NCBI GenBank assembly: GCA_008632985.1
Contig: QPGO01000095.1
Span: 59,681-123,680 of the forward strand
Length of the DNA: 64,000 nt
Direction: 5' to 3'
Source: Psammoneis japonica
Taxonomy: Eukaryota
Of the stretch, positions 50,201 through 63,386 are shown piece after piece (position 1 is the first letter of the stretch; each line of letters opens with the position of its first letter). The position numbers and the translations under genes are program-made. The notes beneath the pieces were generated by a model. It ran no database searches, was not told where the DNA came from, and saw only the letters and a program-made list of their open reading frames with translations.

Positions 50201-51166
50201 TCAACAAGCTCCGCTCACTTCCACACTTCTGCCTGCAGCCAAGTCAACAGCTCTCTGTGAAGTGAGCAAGTGTCAGTGCAACAAACAGCAGCACCGCTGC
50301 TCTGACAAAGGACATGCCAAGTGGGCTGCGCTGCTGCAAAGCAACCTTCTGCAAGTGTCAAAAGATTTTGTGAGACTTGAGAGAAAGAAAGCCACCTGCG
50401 TGCCAGCCCAAGCTGTGGCCACAGTCGACGAAGGTGCTTTTTCACTGTCAACAACAAAGCTGACAAAGGAGGGGCTTGGCTGCTCAGTGTGCCCAAGAAC
50501 AGCGCCAGCACAAGTGATGATGACAAGGCCAAAGTTGCGAAAGTCGTTGGCCTGGGGCCTCAACCCCCAAATCTCTTGGCAGCCACACCAGTCTGGCATG
50601 CGTGCACCCGACAAAGTATGCCTGCGTGCAGCGCAGAGCCAAGGCACAGACAGATGATGCCATGCAGCGCTCAGGAAGGCGCCATGGCTGCGCACGAAAG
50701 GAACGAGGACAAACTCAGAAGATTCGTCAATTTTTTGAGACGTTTGAGGTAGATTTTGATGGATTGGCGATTTTTTTGAGACGTTTGAGCGAGATAGATG
50801 GATTGGCGATTTTTTTCGACACTGTACTGTAGAGGATTAGCGAGCCCAAGAAACATAAATTTCTAATGTACAATATAAATACATGTATGTGTATAGAAGC
50901 AACCATCGATGATAACAAAGTTATACACAAAATCCATAAATATGGTGTGTGATAACTAAGCTGGCACGTCACGAGCGCTATTTTTGTCGATGGCATTTGA
51001 CCGTTTCTAAACTGTACATACCGGTAGGAAGTTTGAAACTCGCAAAAAATGAGACCTTATTTGGTTTTTAATAAGAAGCGGCCGTTTGGACAATGGATGC
51101 ATTCTTAGAACACTTTCGAGTGCAATGTTGGGATCGGCAACTGAATTGAAACGAGACGAGATCAAG

Positions 51167-52683
51167 ATGTTGTACCACCGCGTCGCGTTGGCCTTGATGC
51201 TTCATGTCTGTCGTGTCGTTGCGCAGCCCTATCACGTTTTGACGCCCGGAGATTTGCCTCAGGCGAACAGAGACGCCGCGGCAGGCAATCCGTTCAAGGG
51301 CTTTTTGACAAACCCGATCTGGGCTGATCCAGCAAAGGAGCGCACGGCTATTCCTTCTTCTCTAGAATTCTACTACGTTGGGCTAAACACCACCATGACC
51401 GGTAAAAACACCTTTGATTGGAGTGAGTGCGTTCCTCATATGAAACTGCCGCGCTGCACGTTGCACCGAATGTCCTCATTCTGTTTTTCGTAGCGTACTT
51501 GAATAGCCTATTAGATGATTCTGCCAGCCGAAACAGGCACGTCATTATAAGATTCATTCTGGATTACCCAAAACGAGGCAACTACGTGCCTCAGTTTCTC
51601 CTTGACAATGGGCTAGGGCTCCGAAAGTACGACACGTTTGGCGGCGGCCTATCTCCTGACTACACAAACCCGTTGCTTCTTACAGCTCTGCAGCAATTCA
51701 TTTCGGCTTTTGGTGCGCAGTATGATGGTGATTCTCGTTTGGCATTCGTTCAAGCCGGTTTGCTGGGATACTGGGGGGAGTGGCATACCTATCCAGACCA
51801 CTTGATTCCAGATGGTACCAAAGACTCTGTCGTGTCGTGGTACCAATCGGCATTTCAAACTACGCCCTTGCAGATACGTTTTCCAACGGATGCTAAAAAG
51901 GCTCTCATTGGCTTTCACGACGACTCGTTTGCTTACTTCACGCTATCAAACAGGACGGGAGCATCGCATTGGTTTTTTTGGCCGATGGTAGAACACATCG
52001 AGGCCACCGACTTTTGGACAGACAACGTCATGGGCGGTGAGCTAGCCCCTGCCCTACAAAGTATTGCCTTTTCAGATACCTTTCCCAATCCGTATGATGA
52101 ATATCAACAAGACTTTAATCGTTGCGTCGACACCACACATGCTACCTACATGATTGTGAACTACGCCTTTGATTCGAATTATCCGGGATACGCGTTCAAC
52201 GATTTGATGAGAGCCAAGGCCGCAAGCAACCGCATGGGGTATTCCTTTCTTGTTAGCAGGGTGGAAGTCACAGCGAACCAGAATGATTTGGTTGATGTAT
52301 CTGTAGAAATCAAACAGACCGGTGTGGCTCCATTCTATTATCCCCTATCGGTATCACTCGCTTGTAACGGGATGGATACAATGTCAGTTGGTGGCGTTGA
52401 AAATATTGTTAGGCAGGGGGATACATCTACATTCGATTTTCTTAATATAAGCTCAGCATTGGAATGCTTGGACTCGCTAACCATCTCGTTGAACTCAAGG
52501 CGTACTTACGCAAGCAACCCAGTCAAGTTTTCGCAGGGACCGGCAGGAGTTGTGGAGTTGATCATCCCTCCTCCGCCCAGCGGTTCAGGTACTTCAGGCA
52601 GTCCGTGCAACCAGACAGGAGTAGAGGATTTGATTACCCCTCACGATTCACTTATTCCCAATCCAACACCTAAAAGTAAATAG
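51167..52683 (+). CDS. Secreted DUF4832-like putative glycoside hydrolase
   Basis: Signal peptide MLYHRVALALMLHVCRVVA; intron 51423-51493; motifs NPFKGF, GLLGYWGEWH, GFHDDSF, MGGE, RMGYSF, GVAPFYY. The 3' end may be spliced further. Confidence 0.7.
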
Positions 52684-52825
52684 GAAAGCTTTGGTTGATC
52701 CCATCATGCGCAGCCTATTCCGTTTATTCCAGAATTCTTTGTAGCTTTGGCGGAATTTTCAGTGCTGTCCCATCGACACCCAACCCGACCTCTGGACAAG
52801 ATAATCTCATCGAACTCACTTCTAA

Positions 52826-53305
52826 CAAACCCCGAAAGCCCCGATACAGATGCGACCAGAATTACATGTCACCACAAAGCTGTTGAAAGCTTCAAATTAA
52901 TTAACAAATCAAAATTTGTTATTTATTACACTGCACAAGCAACATTGTCCTTTCTTCGAAAAAGGCGAAAATACGCTGTACCGTACAGAACTGTGATGTT
53001 TCACAGGCCACCAGTTTGACCGCACCCACAAACCCCGAAAGCCCCGATACAATTGTAGGGCGTTGTGATGCGACCAGAATGACAGGTAATCAAAATTTGT
53101 TATTTTATACACTACACAAGCAACATTGTCCCTTCTTCGAATAAGGCGGAAATACGCCGTACCGTACAGGACTGATGTTTCACAGGCCAACCAGTTTGAC
53201 CGCATCCACAAACCCATCCAAAATTGCATCGGTTTCAGGACTGATGTTTCACAGGCCAACCAGTTTGACCGCATCCACAAACCCATCCAAAATTGCATCG
53301 GTTTC
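52826..53305. repeat. ~200-bp diverged duplication plus an exact 69-bp duplication overlapping the 3' end of the glycosyltransferase gene
   Basis: caggactgatgtttcacaggccaaccagtttgaccgcatccacaaacccatccaaaattgcatcggttt occurs twice (53167, 53236). Confidence 0.9.
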
Positions 53306-56300
53306 AAGGATTTGTTCTTCGGTGGCTTCGGGGATTGAATCCAAAGCACTCTGGAACCTTGCAGCAACGTTCTCTTTCTTCATGCTCACGAAGCATAGCT
53401 TAGACCCGGTTTCAGCAATGCCCTTCGCAGCATTCGGGTTGTTCTCAGCCCATCTCCATTTCTCATACAAGTCGCTCAAGTCTTGCCTGATGGGAATATA
53501 ATGCTTCCACGGAACGAGTTCGTCGTGCCACCAATCTGCGAAATGGAAAGTAGTGGGAAAAAAAGCAATGGTGAGTGACGAAAAATTCTCAACGTCGCGA
53601 TCGTCAGTGGCCGGTGTTAGATAACATCCTAGTTCATCCTGGTTCTTACCCTTGGCTTTAGTCGGAGAATCTACTTTGAACACCAGCATTCCACCACACA
53701 TCTTCCAGCGCAAACCTCCCCATGTTGTGCCCGAAACTCCGTAAAGATCCAGTTGATATCGGTAATGGGCCATCTCCGGAATTGTCTTGTGGTTAATCTC
53801 CGAGTCCTCAGCGTCTAACCATGTCCTCGTTGACTCATTCGCTGCCATCTCGAGTACCTTCAAGCGTGCAGGCTCTGGCTCAACCCCGTGAAGTGCACCA
53901 CGCCAGATAACCTTGTTTATCTTCTCCTCAAACGACAAGGTCGCCGACAATGCGTAACCGACAAATTCTTCGTTAAGAGTGCCAGCGTCATAAGGATTCG
54001 GAACCAACAAGAAGTTATGCTTGTTTGCAACTATTTGTGGCTGTGTGTATGATAGGATGGGAACTGGAGGTGTTCTGTTCCAGTCCAACAAGTGTGTTAC
54101 ATCTGAGTTGAGCAAGAGGGCAACCCGGCCCTTGGGAGATGGCTTGGTATGATCCACGTACTTAAGGATAGTGGCGAACCATTCACGGTAATCATAGTCC
54201 TGTGTTAAAATGGTATCCTCCATTTGGTCAATTGCGAGAGTACCATTAGCATCCCACTTGAGGAGCATCAAGTTTCCTGTGTCGAGGTAATGGTCGCTGT
54301 ACTCTCCAATACCTGCCTTGGGCGTGGTGCCATCAAAGACAGGATTGAGCTTACGGCCGCCAATGTCCGTAATCGGTGACTCCGCTTCCGAATAGCTAGG
54401 ATGGTGGAGCTGTTGCACTCCAAGGGCCCGGTCTGATCCCGCTCTTGAATATGTAGTATACTGGAGCTTGCGACTGATTATATGAGTGTTATCCAGTCCG
54501 TCTCCAGGAACTCCAGCACGCCGTGTAGGTTGACTTGCTTGACCCAAATTGACACCCACAAAGTCGGAATTTTGAGGTTCAGGTCGACTGTGTTCTATTG
54601 AGAGCCTTCGTTCCGATCCTAACCAATCCCTTGTTTTGATTCCGAGTGCCTTAGCAATGGCATCGTGGCATTCGAAAAAGTCGCCATGGCTGTGGAGAAA
54701 AAGAGGGCTTGTCTTTGTCTCGGAGTGCACTAGACGCTTGCTAGATCCATTCAAAACGTCCGAAATAAACATGCAACCACCATCTGATATGCCTCGAAAG
54801 AACCGATTGCTTCCAAACATTTCCTGGCGATAATCCAAAACAATGGAATTAGGGTTGTGGATCATAAAGTCCGTCAAAACTGCTTGATCATCTTCGTACT
54901 CGTCAATGGACACTTTTTGGACTAGCGCCATAAGATCCTCTACCATTCCTGCCATCAAGCCTGCATTAAGATAGATATCTTGAACCCCATGACCTTCTCC
55001 CATTTCCTCTTTCGCAAGCATTTCCTGTGAATCTCTCCATAGAAAGGTTTTGTCGACTCCAACCCAAGTGCAGTCTGGCGTGCCAAATACACACGTATGC
55101 TTGTTGCGGCTCCCGTCTTCATTGAAGAAATCTCCAGGCGCCGCACGTGATAACGCCGTAACACAGCACTCTGATTCAGCCGAAACAACCACGGCACCAG
55201 GATGTTCGTTGGTATAATCACGGTATTTCTTTCGGAAGTCACCCAAAGCAGAGTAGAGATGCTCCTTGCTTGAGTGAACGTTCAAATGAACGTCACGACC
55301 GTCTAGGAGCACAACTAGACTTTTCGCAGGGAGACTCTTTAGTTTCGGAATAACAGCCGAATACTTGGAACCATAGCCCGCGAATTCCTGGTCTTGTCCA
55401 AAGACTACAACGTTGATGCCTGTCAGCTCCGATGCGTGGCGGACCAGGTCAATGCTCCTCGATTTACGGATCGGGTCTGTTTCGTACACAAGAAGCTGTA
55501 TCTCAGAGTAGTCTTCACCAAGTCCGACATCCTTGCCCATGCCGTTCGATAGAAGCGCTTCGATAACCTCATCCTTGTTTGCAATGTCATCAAACGTATC
55601 ATCAATATCTGCATTGGTAGGTAGAAGCAAATAGTCCTTTTTGGTCAACTCGTATTTTGATGAATTCACATTCAAAAAATTGGCGACGTTCTCTAGGACC
55701 GCAGAAGGATCATTCAGAAGGTCCTCATACTCGACATTCAAAACTTCTGATCCATGCTTCTGTGCCCACTCGTCCCCAGACTTGTCGATCTTCTGCATCC
55801 AGCGCAAGTGGCTCAACATTTCGTTAGTCGAAACATAAAGCTCGCCGTCATTGTTGGCGTTCGTGAGGTACAACTTGTACCGGGCCCAGAGATTCTGGCG
55901 CTTTAGACGAATGACCTTGGATCCACGAAAGTGCGTCTCGTGCAGATTCGGAATGCTTGGTTCTAGATAGAGCCCGTTAGCGATGTCATCAGCCTTGATG
56001 CTCATCCCCTTCATGTATGATCCTCGTGGGCATCCGCATCCCAGAAGGTCGTGGTCCTCGGCAACGAAGGCGTCGACCCACAAACGGATAATTGCTTCGA
56101 CAGTGTAGTCTCCATCCAGCTTACTTATAAACTTGCAAAGCCTTCCAAGATGGTCAACAAGATCATCATTGCTTGCATCATAATTGGCGGCGCATCGAGG
56201 AGGAACCTCGTCCTTGGAAACCATATTGGCCGTTAGCGACCAAACGTTGTCTCGAATGAACCGAAAAGTACAACCAATTTTACAGAGCATTGAGGATGCC

Positions 56301-57986
56301 ATGGTGCTCCGTAGGAAGTTAGCGACTGCGTAGGAAAACCTGTTTCTGGCTTGCTACCTTCCCCTGAAGCACAGAGTTGAGGATGCTGGTCTAGCAACTG
56401 CATGAACAATTCCGAGCCAGAGTCTTGCGAAGTAAGAATGCTAAACAGGTTCTTCGTTGGCTCTTCTGGAAGCTGCGAAGGTAGGGTCAAATTTTCGCGC
56501 TCCATCATATCTATCCAAGGCTTCATGGAAATAGATTCAATGGGAGAATAAGGAGCAAAGGGCTTTTGTGGGCCGGTGTAGTGGAGTACGTCAAGGGAGG
56601 AGATAACGTCATTGCCAAATGTGGCTTGATACCGCTCCCAGTCAATGAAACCGAACCCATCTCGAACCTTGAATGAATCTTCTGCCCAGCACTCCACCGC
56701 TCCAGCAAATGCAATGTACGCCACTCCAAGCCCAAAGGCAAGCGACGTTTCTGGAAAGACATGCATCTTGTAGGATTCCGTCATGACTTGTTCGTACTTT
56801 TCAGTTAACTGGAGCTCCTTCCAGTTCTCAAAGTGAAAAAGAGAGAAGCCAAAATTCCAGGCAAGCTGATTCTTGCCTCCTTGAGGAATGACATTGTCAA
56901 GGAAATCTTCATAGTGTTTTGGAACGCACTGCACTTCTTCTGCACCCTTGCAGACTGGCTCTCCCCCGTAGAGAGGTGGAGTCTCTAGGATAGTCTCTCG
57001 CTGGCTGTGGAATTCAAAGATATGGCAATCCTCCGACCACTGCCATACGTTGCAGGGAGTAACAAGTCCCTTGGACGAATCTAGCTTTTCGATCGTAGTC
57101 TTCATTAAGCTGCTAATGTCCTTCTTCACCAGGATATCATCGTCGATGAAAAAGACTGCTTTCAAATCATTCAACAAACTCAAGTGAGGTATGTAGAACC
57201 GCACATGATTTAACTCGTGGTCATGGGTATGCAAATCATCCCAATCGGCAACATGAATAGTGTTGTTGTTCTTCCAATCTGGAGAGCTCGAAGAATGCCA
57301 TTCACTCCAGGTCCATATAGGATTTTGACCTTGAGACACAAGGTCATCAGTAACATCCTCCAAGGTCATAGCAACAAAGGAGCCGAGACGAGAACCAAAG
57401 TGCTGACGGACTTGCTCGTTGATTTCATGGTCGCCAATCAACAAGAGGTCAATTGGTGCATGCGACGATTCGACAATGCTCCCAACGGAGGTAATAATAC
57501 CATCGATTCGATTGGATATCAGAACAATAGGAACAGAGTCTAGTTGCTTGAGGTCGCGGCGAGGGCGAAGAGTAGAATTTGCAGCTTCTTCAATGGAAAA
57601 CAGCTTCGTCTATGGAATAAGAAGTTTTGCAACAGAGCAATGAGATTATATTTGTGAAGAGAGGGTGCGATCCACCGATCAACGGAATAGCCTTGATAAC
57701 AGCATTCAAGTTATAATAAGATACACACCTTGAGAGTATCTTTGTAATAAAAGAGACTTCCGAATAGTACGAAACTCAACATAAATGACTGCAAGAGACG
57801 CATAGAAGTGGCACGTTCACCAACGTTCCCCGCGGTCATTGTGACGACGGTGATCAAGCGATAGAGATTAGAGCCTGACTGATGGTTCTGACTGTTTGAG
57901 AAGTTGTGAGCTTCCTCATTATTTGCAAACCTTTTTTTGGAGAGAAATTGTGAGCGATCGAGAGCTAGCGATCGATAAAAACTCAT
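53249..57986 (-). CDS. Multidomain type II glycosyltransferase: GT8-like + sulfotransferase-like + PLOD-type GT + CAP10/GT90
   Basis: N-terminal TM exon 57986-~57729. GT8: FIDDDILV...HYTGPQKP. Sulfotransferase-like: TSQDSGSE...KVIRLKRQN...VEYEDL. PLOD GT: DGRDV...SAESECC...YLNAG...DDQ. GT90: KVIWRG...YRYQLDLYG...LVPWKHYIP. Intron 53536-53649; one-base shift near 56280. Confidence 0.8.
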
Positions 57987-58199
57987 AGTCGTTATAGAGT
58001 TTCTATAATAACGTCTTTTTAACTGTAACCAGCTGTAATAATTATGGCCTCACTTCAAGTTTCTTTTCCGAGCCATATACTATGTATACATAAAACTGTA
58101 CTCTTCAAGCGTCCATTATTTTATACATTCATACACATTTGTTTGTCTTATTGCTTTGAGCCGTTGCTGCCATGCAAACAAATGGGAGTAGGAGTGATA

Positions 58200-61100
58200 A
58201 ACATCATTCACATGTAAAAGCACGATGACCCATGTCCTGCCACAGGTCGCGGATTTCAATCTTGAACACGAATAGTCTGACGTTAAAACCTAACGGTTTG
58301 CTGATGTGCTGGCTGGGTGGTCGTGCCAGAAGTTTCTTGTTCTCAGCAATGGCAAGGGCTGCCCAGCTGAAGATGAGATTGGCACTTCTTTGAGGGACCA
58401 CAAGGAAGTGGTGGCTTTCAAAATGCCAGCACATGTGAAGGATTCGGGTTTGCCTCATCCTGGCTTTTGACAGGTTTGGCCCCAGTCAGAAGGCGGCTCT
58501 GATGATTTCTGCCGCTCCTGCTGAATTTTGGCGGCAAACAAGAGTCCATCAGTGCTGGCATGTGTTGTTCATTCAGCGGAGGATGGATTGCATGATCTGG
58601 GTGCCATGGTGGTGGAACTGGGAAACAAGTCTCTTGCTCTCAGGCACAGCTGCTCAGCCAGAGCTGGGCTGGCAGCTCAGTGCAGCCGACGCGTTCCAGC
58701 TCTAGGTGGGACCTCGTACTACTGAACTGTGACATAATTATTTTTTATCATCCGTCGTATGTTTCGCACGTACATTTCTACGTGTTCTATTATAAAAAAT
58801 TGTTCCACACTGCCTGTTTTGCGAAGCCAAAGGCTTTCTGTTATCTACATTTATGTCAATAAAAATGCGCTGGGTATATTCTTTAATGTCTGAAGAATAT
58901 ACCCGGGCATACTGTAAAGAATGTACTTCAAGTGTGGAGGAGGAGATACGTTCGCAAAATTGCCTCTTTTTCTGTTGGCTATCATTCATATATCCATTGC
59001 TTAATAATTTTACAACGGAGCTCGCACGTAGAATTCTACGGACCCAATGTCACAAAAAGTCCCACCTAGGACTGGAACCCGTCAGCCACGTGCTCCCATC
59101 CCCAGGGCTTTGACCCCAAAGCTTGGAGGCTCCCACTGTTTGGGGCACCTTGGGAAATGTGGCAGCAGGCTCCCAGGGTCCAAGCTCAGCATTTTGTTGT
59201 GTGAAGCAGGGGCTTGAAACTTGGGCAGATGGAAGTCAATTGGAGGAGTGACTCCAGCTGACTTGCCGCTGCTTTCAGCATGAGAGTTGGAGCTGTGCAA
59301 GACCAAGTTGGGACTTGTGCGAGTCACACAGATCTGGGCACTCCAAGGGTGGCATGCTCCAGGTTTGCACTCAGCTGGCAACCAAGGTGCACAGCCTGGA
59401 AGCATGGGAAGCCTTGTTTGCTCTGGGTGCTGTGGCGTTTGGATTGCTGACAACACTGGCAGAACTTCTGCGGATGCTTGCATCATTGCTTGACCACAGC
59501 ATGGGCAACTCAAAGTTGGGCAAGCCGGCAACTGGGTGTCTCATCCTGCAGCAAGTGTTGGGCATGGGGATGGTGCAACATTTCCTCTTGCAAGCTCGCA
59601 TGTGCTTGACTGACATTTCCTGTTTTTGGACCATGCCAAGGGGGCTGAGCCTTTGGCTCTTTGCTGCTTCTTTGAATTTCCTTTTGGGGTTGCCTGCCCC
59701 CCCCCCCCCCCCCCCCACCCCCTCCTCCACTGTGTGGAGGGGAGAGTGCTTGTGCTGAGAGCTCAACTCTGCAAGGCTCCTGCCAAGCACTCTGGTGTCA
59801 AGCCACTTTTTGGCGGGTCTTGGCCGCTGGGATCCCAGGAGCTCAGATCAGAAGCCTTGTGGAGTGCATGCTCAAATCTGGGCAGGAATGAACTGCTTTT
59901 GAACCAGGCCGACATCCGCCCCAGAGAGAGAGCTCTGCAAGAAGAAGTTCTGTGCTGTGAGCTCCTCAGCACCACCCCCTTGATGTGTTTTCATCCTGGG
60001 TGAGAAACTTTTGGACACATCACGAGGTTTTCTACGTGTTTCTACATGAGACGTACATTTAGTGCCAAAAATCTCAGTAAAAAATGAGCTCCATGACAGT
60101 GAAAACCATGTTTTTCCATGTCTCGAACCACAAACCACAATTCGCGCAAACCGAAAATGGCACCATGCCGTCGCCATGAACTCGTCCATTCTCACACCAA
60201 CGGATGTTGTGACTGAGAAGGCAAGAATGCCGAGACAGGTCAACAAGACAACGCTCAATGCGATGATGTGGTTGAAAATTTGATCTTTGTTTTTTGTTGT
60301 GCCTCGTGGATGGCCTTTTGACTCATGACATTTTTGATGCCTCTTTCTCTCTTCCTCAGCTTGCGAAGCAGGATTCTCATCAACGCGCTGCTCCATCTGC
60401 TTGACACCGGATGCTGACAACGAAGAATGTTTCTATGACACGTTGCTGTGATTCTTGTGATGTGTCGTCCGCACTTTGAGTCGTCATGGACGACGCTTTT
60501 GGGTCGCGCGACAACATCAGATTTCGCCACCGACAAGAGAATCGTCATGTGTTCGGTTTTGAGGGTGTGTGAGGATAAAGAATCTCAGATGCAAGTGTGA
60601 CAGTTTCATTGTTGTAAAGTGGAACAATGCCATTGGCGATGTCTCAGTGTTGCAGCCATTTTATTTTATTCTAAGATAGAACTGGTCATTTTGAGTGGTG
60701 AAATTTTGTCAACATTTCATCTTTAACTCTGCTTGGGCACATCAAATCACATGACAACTGGACACACATTGAACTTTGACGCTGCCATTTCAATCCCATT
60801 GTTTTGTTCACTCAAGCATCCCACACAGGTCGACAAATCAGTTGATCTTTGAAATGGCCGATCGCGCAAAAAAATCACGTGCGAAGTCAGTTCCCCCGAT
60901 TTTTCTCATGCAAACAATGGAGTTAGAATGCCGTTCTTTTTTGGCATGAGCTCTTTGCACAATGAACAATGCGTGCATTCTTTCAAAGCAGTCAGATTCG
61001 GTGAAAGAAACAGTAGAACAGTCTCTCAAATGCACCAGAATAACAACAACGAGCAGACAGCTGTCAGTTTCACTCCAAAAAATGCCGCTTTCGAGACAGC

Positions 61101-61550
61101 GCTTTTCTTGTGCGCACCCTTCAACCAATGAGAATGACGGCTGGCTTTTCAAAATAAACATGTCTGTGGAAAGAAGAAACAAAAAATCAGGGGAAAGTCC
61201 AGTCAGATTTGCTCGCACAAAAAGCACGGCGATGGAAAAGGGACAGACGAAACGTCTCACCTCCGCATGCGCGTTTCTCACCTGGGATGAAAACACATCC
61301 CTTGAGCTGTGGTGGGGGGTCTTGTGGCACGATGATTGTGTTTCACTGTTGTGGTCCCATCTGTCATTGTGGCTGCAGTGCTCTTTGTGACAAAACACAT
61401 GGTGAATGAGCACTGCAGACCTGCTTTTGCGGACGAAAGCTGGCAGTGCGTCGTGGTCGTGTCGTGTTGGCGGCAGATAGCGTTTTCCCGCTCTCCATGA
61501 CGACGTGGAGACACCACTTTGAACTTCAAGGACATGGACACTCTAAAAGT
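58200..61550. mobile_element. Patchy TA-depleted repeat-derived DNA (58230-58700, 59080-61500), family not recognised
   Basis: Composition matches the other repeat blocks; interrupted by a TA-normal stretch at 58720-59050. Confidence 0.4.
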
Positions 61551-62183
61551 CACGACTAACTCATTCGATGATGACGTGTCAAATATAGGCTTTATGTTCT
61601 GTCACGTATGTCGTGGTACCACATCATTCTGCACGACGTCATCGAAAAGCGAGTCCTCAGTTCCGCTCTGGGGGGCGTCTTTGGAAGTGAGATCGTCGAA
61701 GGCGGTCTGATCGCCAGTGCGTTTGGGGGTCTTCCCAGTACAATTTGTACGCACAAGAAAACACGTAGGATCTATCCAGAGGTCCCAAATACCCAATCGC
61801 ACTGATTGACAGACTGTTTTAGTACAAATTCTACGTAACTTTCTTCGACAGTCTCACTTCCGAAGACATCCCCCAGCTCGTTGTGTCATTCCCGCGCTTT
61901 TTCTCGTGTTGCTCGGGTGGCATGCCGACACTGTTTTCGACCACTCACGTGTCACTGCGGCACTTTCATCTTTTCCCCGTGTCATTGAAGGACGTAACGA
62001 AGCAGAGTACAAGTACCTTGTTATCCTAAACGCAAACATCGCTATTGCATTTCTTCTCGTTTAAAATCATCTGGGAAGTGAAGATAGTGATTCCAAAAGC
62101 TCGCTACTGACACTGTAGGGGATTTTCTGATTTTCCGGGCGTTTTCTTCTTTTGAAAAAGGCCATTGGTTGTTAAAAAAAAGA

Positions 62184-63386
62184 ATGAGACGACAAAGCAT
62201 AATGACTTATGCACTGTTTCTGCCACTTATTTGTTTGATATGGCCATCCATGTCATTTTCACCAGTAACGAGTTTGCCGAGGAGAAATGGCTTGCATGTT
62301 GTTCCTCGCGAGAACCAACCATGGAAGAGCACCACCAGTGTTTCTCGTTCCATGACGGCGGGCGACAATGACAAAAGGAGTACCCCAACCTTGTTTGAAC
62401 CGGGTGGTGGTCCTACGGTAATTTTTGACGAAGATCCTCCGTCTCGTGTCTATGAAAAAGCCATTAAACGAACACTGTTGTGGGTGGCTGCGGCCGGTGC
62501 CTTTGGTGGAATTCTGTGGACAAACTTTGGTCAGTGCACGGGTGAAGAATTCTTTGCAGGCTATCTTGTGGAGCAGAGTCTTTCGGTAGACAATCTCTTT
62601 GTGTTTTTGCTCTTGTTTGAATACTTCAAGGTGCCACTGGCCTATCAAGATCGTGTGCTCAATTGGGGAATTTATGGCGCAATCGTAATGCGAGCCATCA
62701 TGATTGGACTGGGCGCGGCAGCCATTTCTCAATTTCATGCTGTACTCTTGGTCTTTGCTGGTATTCTAGTGTATAGTTCTGCCAATGTCTTGGTGGGTGG
62801 AGACGATGAAGAGGATGAAGACATGACGGATAATGCCATTGTCAAGTTTAGCACCAAGCTCTTTGACTCCACCGACAAGTACGACGGGGACCGATTTTTC
62901 ACTCTGGTGGATGGGATTAAGAAGGCTACGCCTCTCTTCATATGCATGATTGCAGTTGAAATAAGTGATGTGGTGTTTGCCGTGGACAGTATTCCTGCTG
63001 TCTTTGGGGTTACAGAAGTAAGTGCTTCGACTGGTCTTGCTCCTGCTCAACTCGCGTTGATTCGTTCCTAACAATACTCGCTGTTTTCTTTCTAAACGCC
63101 ATAAAAGAATCCGCTGGTTGTCTTTACATCCAACATGTTTGCCATTATGGGTCTGCGTAGTCTCTACACAATCCTTTCCAAAGCGGCCTCCGATCTCAAG
63201 TACTTGGAGCCGGCCGTGGCCATTGTGCTTGGCTTTATTGGATGTAAAATGATTGGAGAATACCTGGACTACAGAATTTCTACCGAAATTTCACTCGCCG
63301 TCGTTTTGACGTTGCTTTCGGGTGGCGTTGTCTTGTCCGTGTTGGAACGACAAAATGAGCTTGTGGAGCCTCAGCAAATAGATTGA
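62184..63386 (+). CDS. terC: Plastid-targeted TerC-family integral membrane protein
   Basis: Signal peptide + SMS-FSP. EFFAGYLVEQSLSVDNLFVF, QDRVLNWGIYGAIVMR, ATPLF..VE.SDVVFAVDSIPAVFGVT. Intron 63018-63107, then NPLVVFTSNMFAIMGLRSLY. Confidence 0.93.

Noticed and set aside
37100..50700. Classical RIP or CpG decay as the sole cause of the composition
   Set aside because: RIP increases TpA, and CpG decay cannot turn Tyr into Cys/His or explain the CG-rich, TA-poor 18.6-37 kb block.
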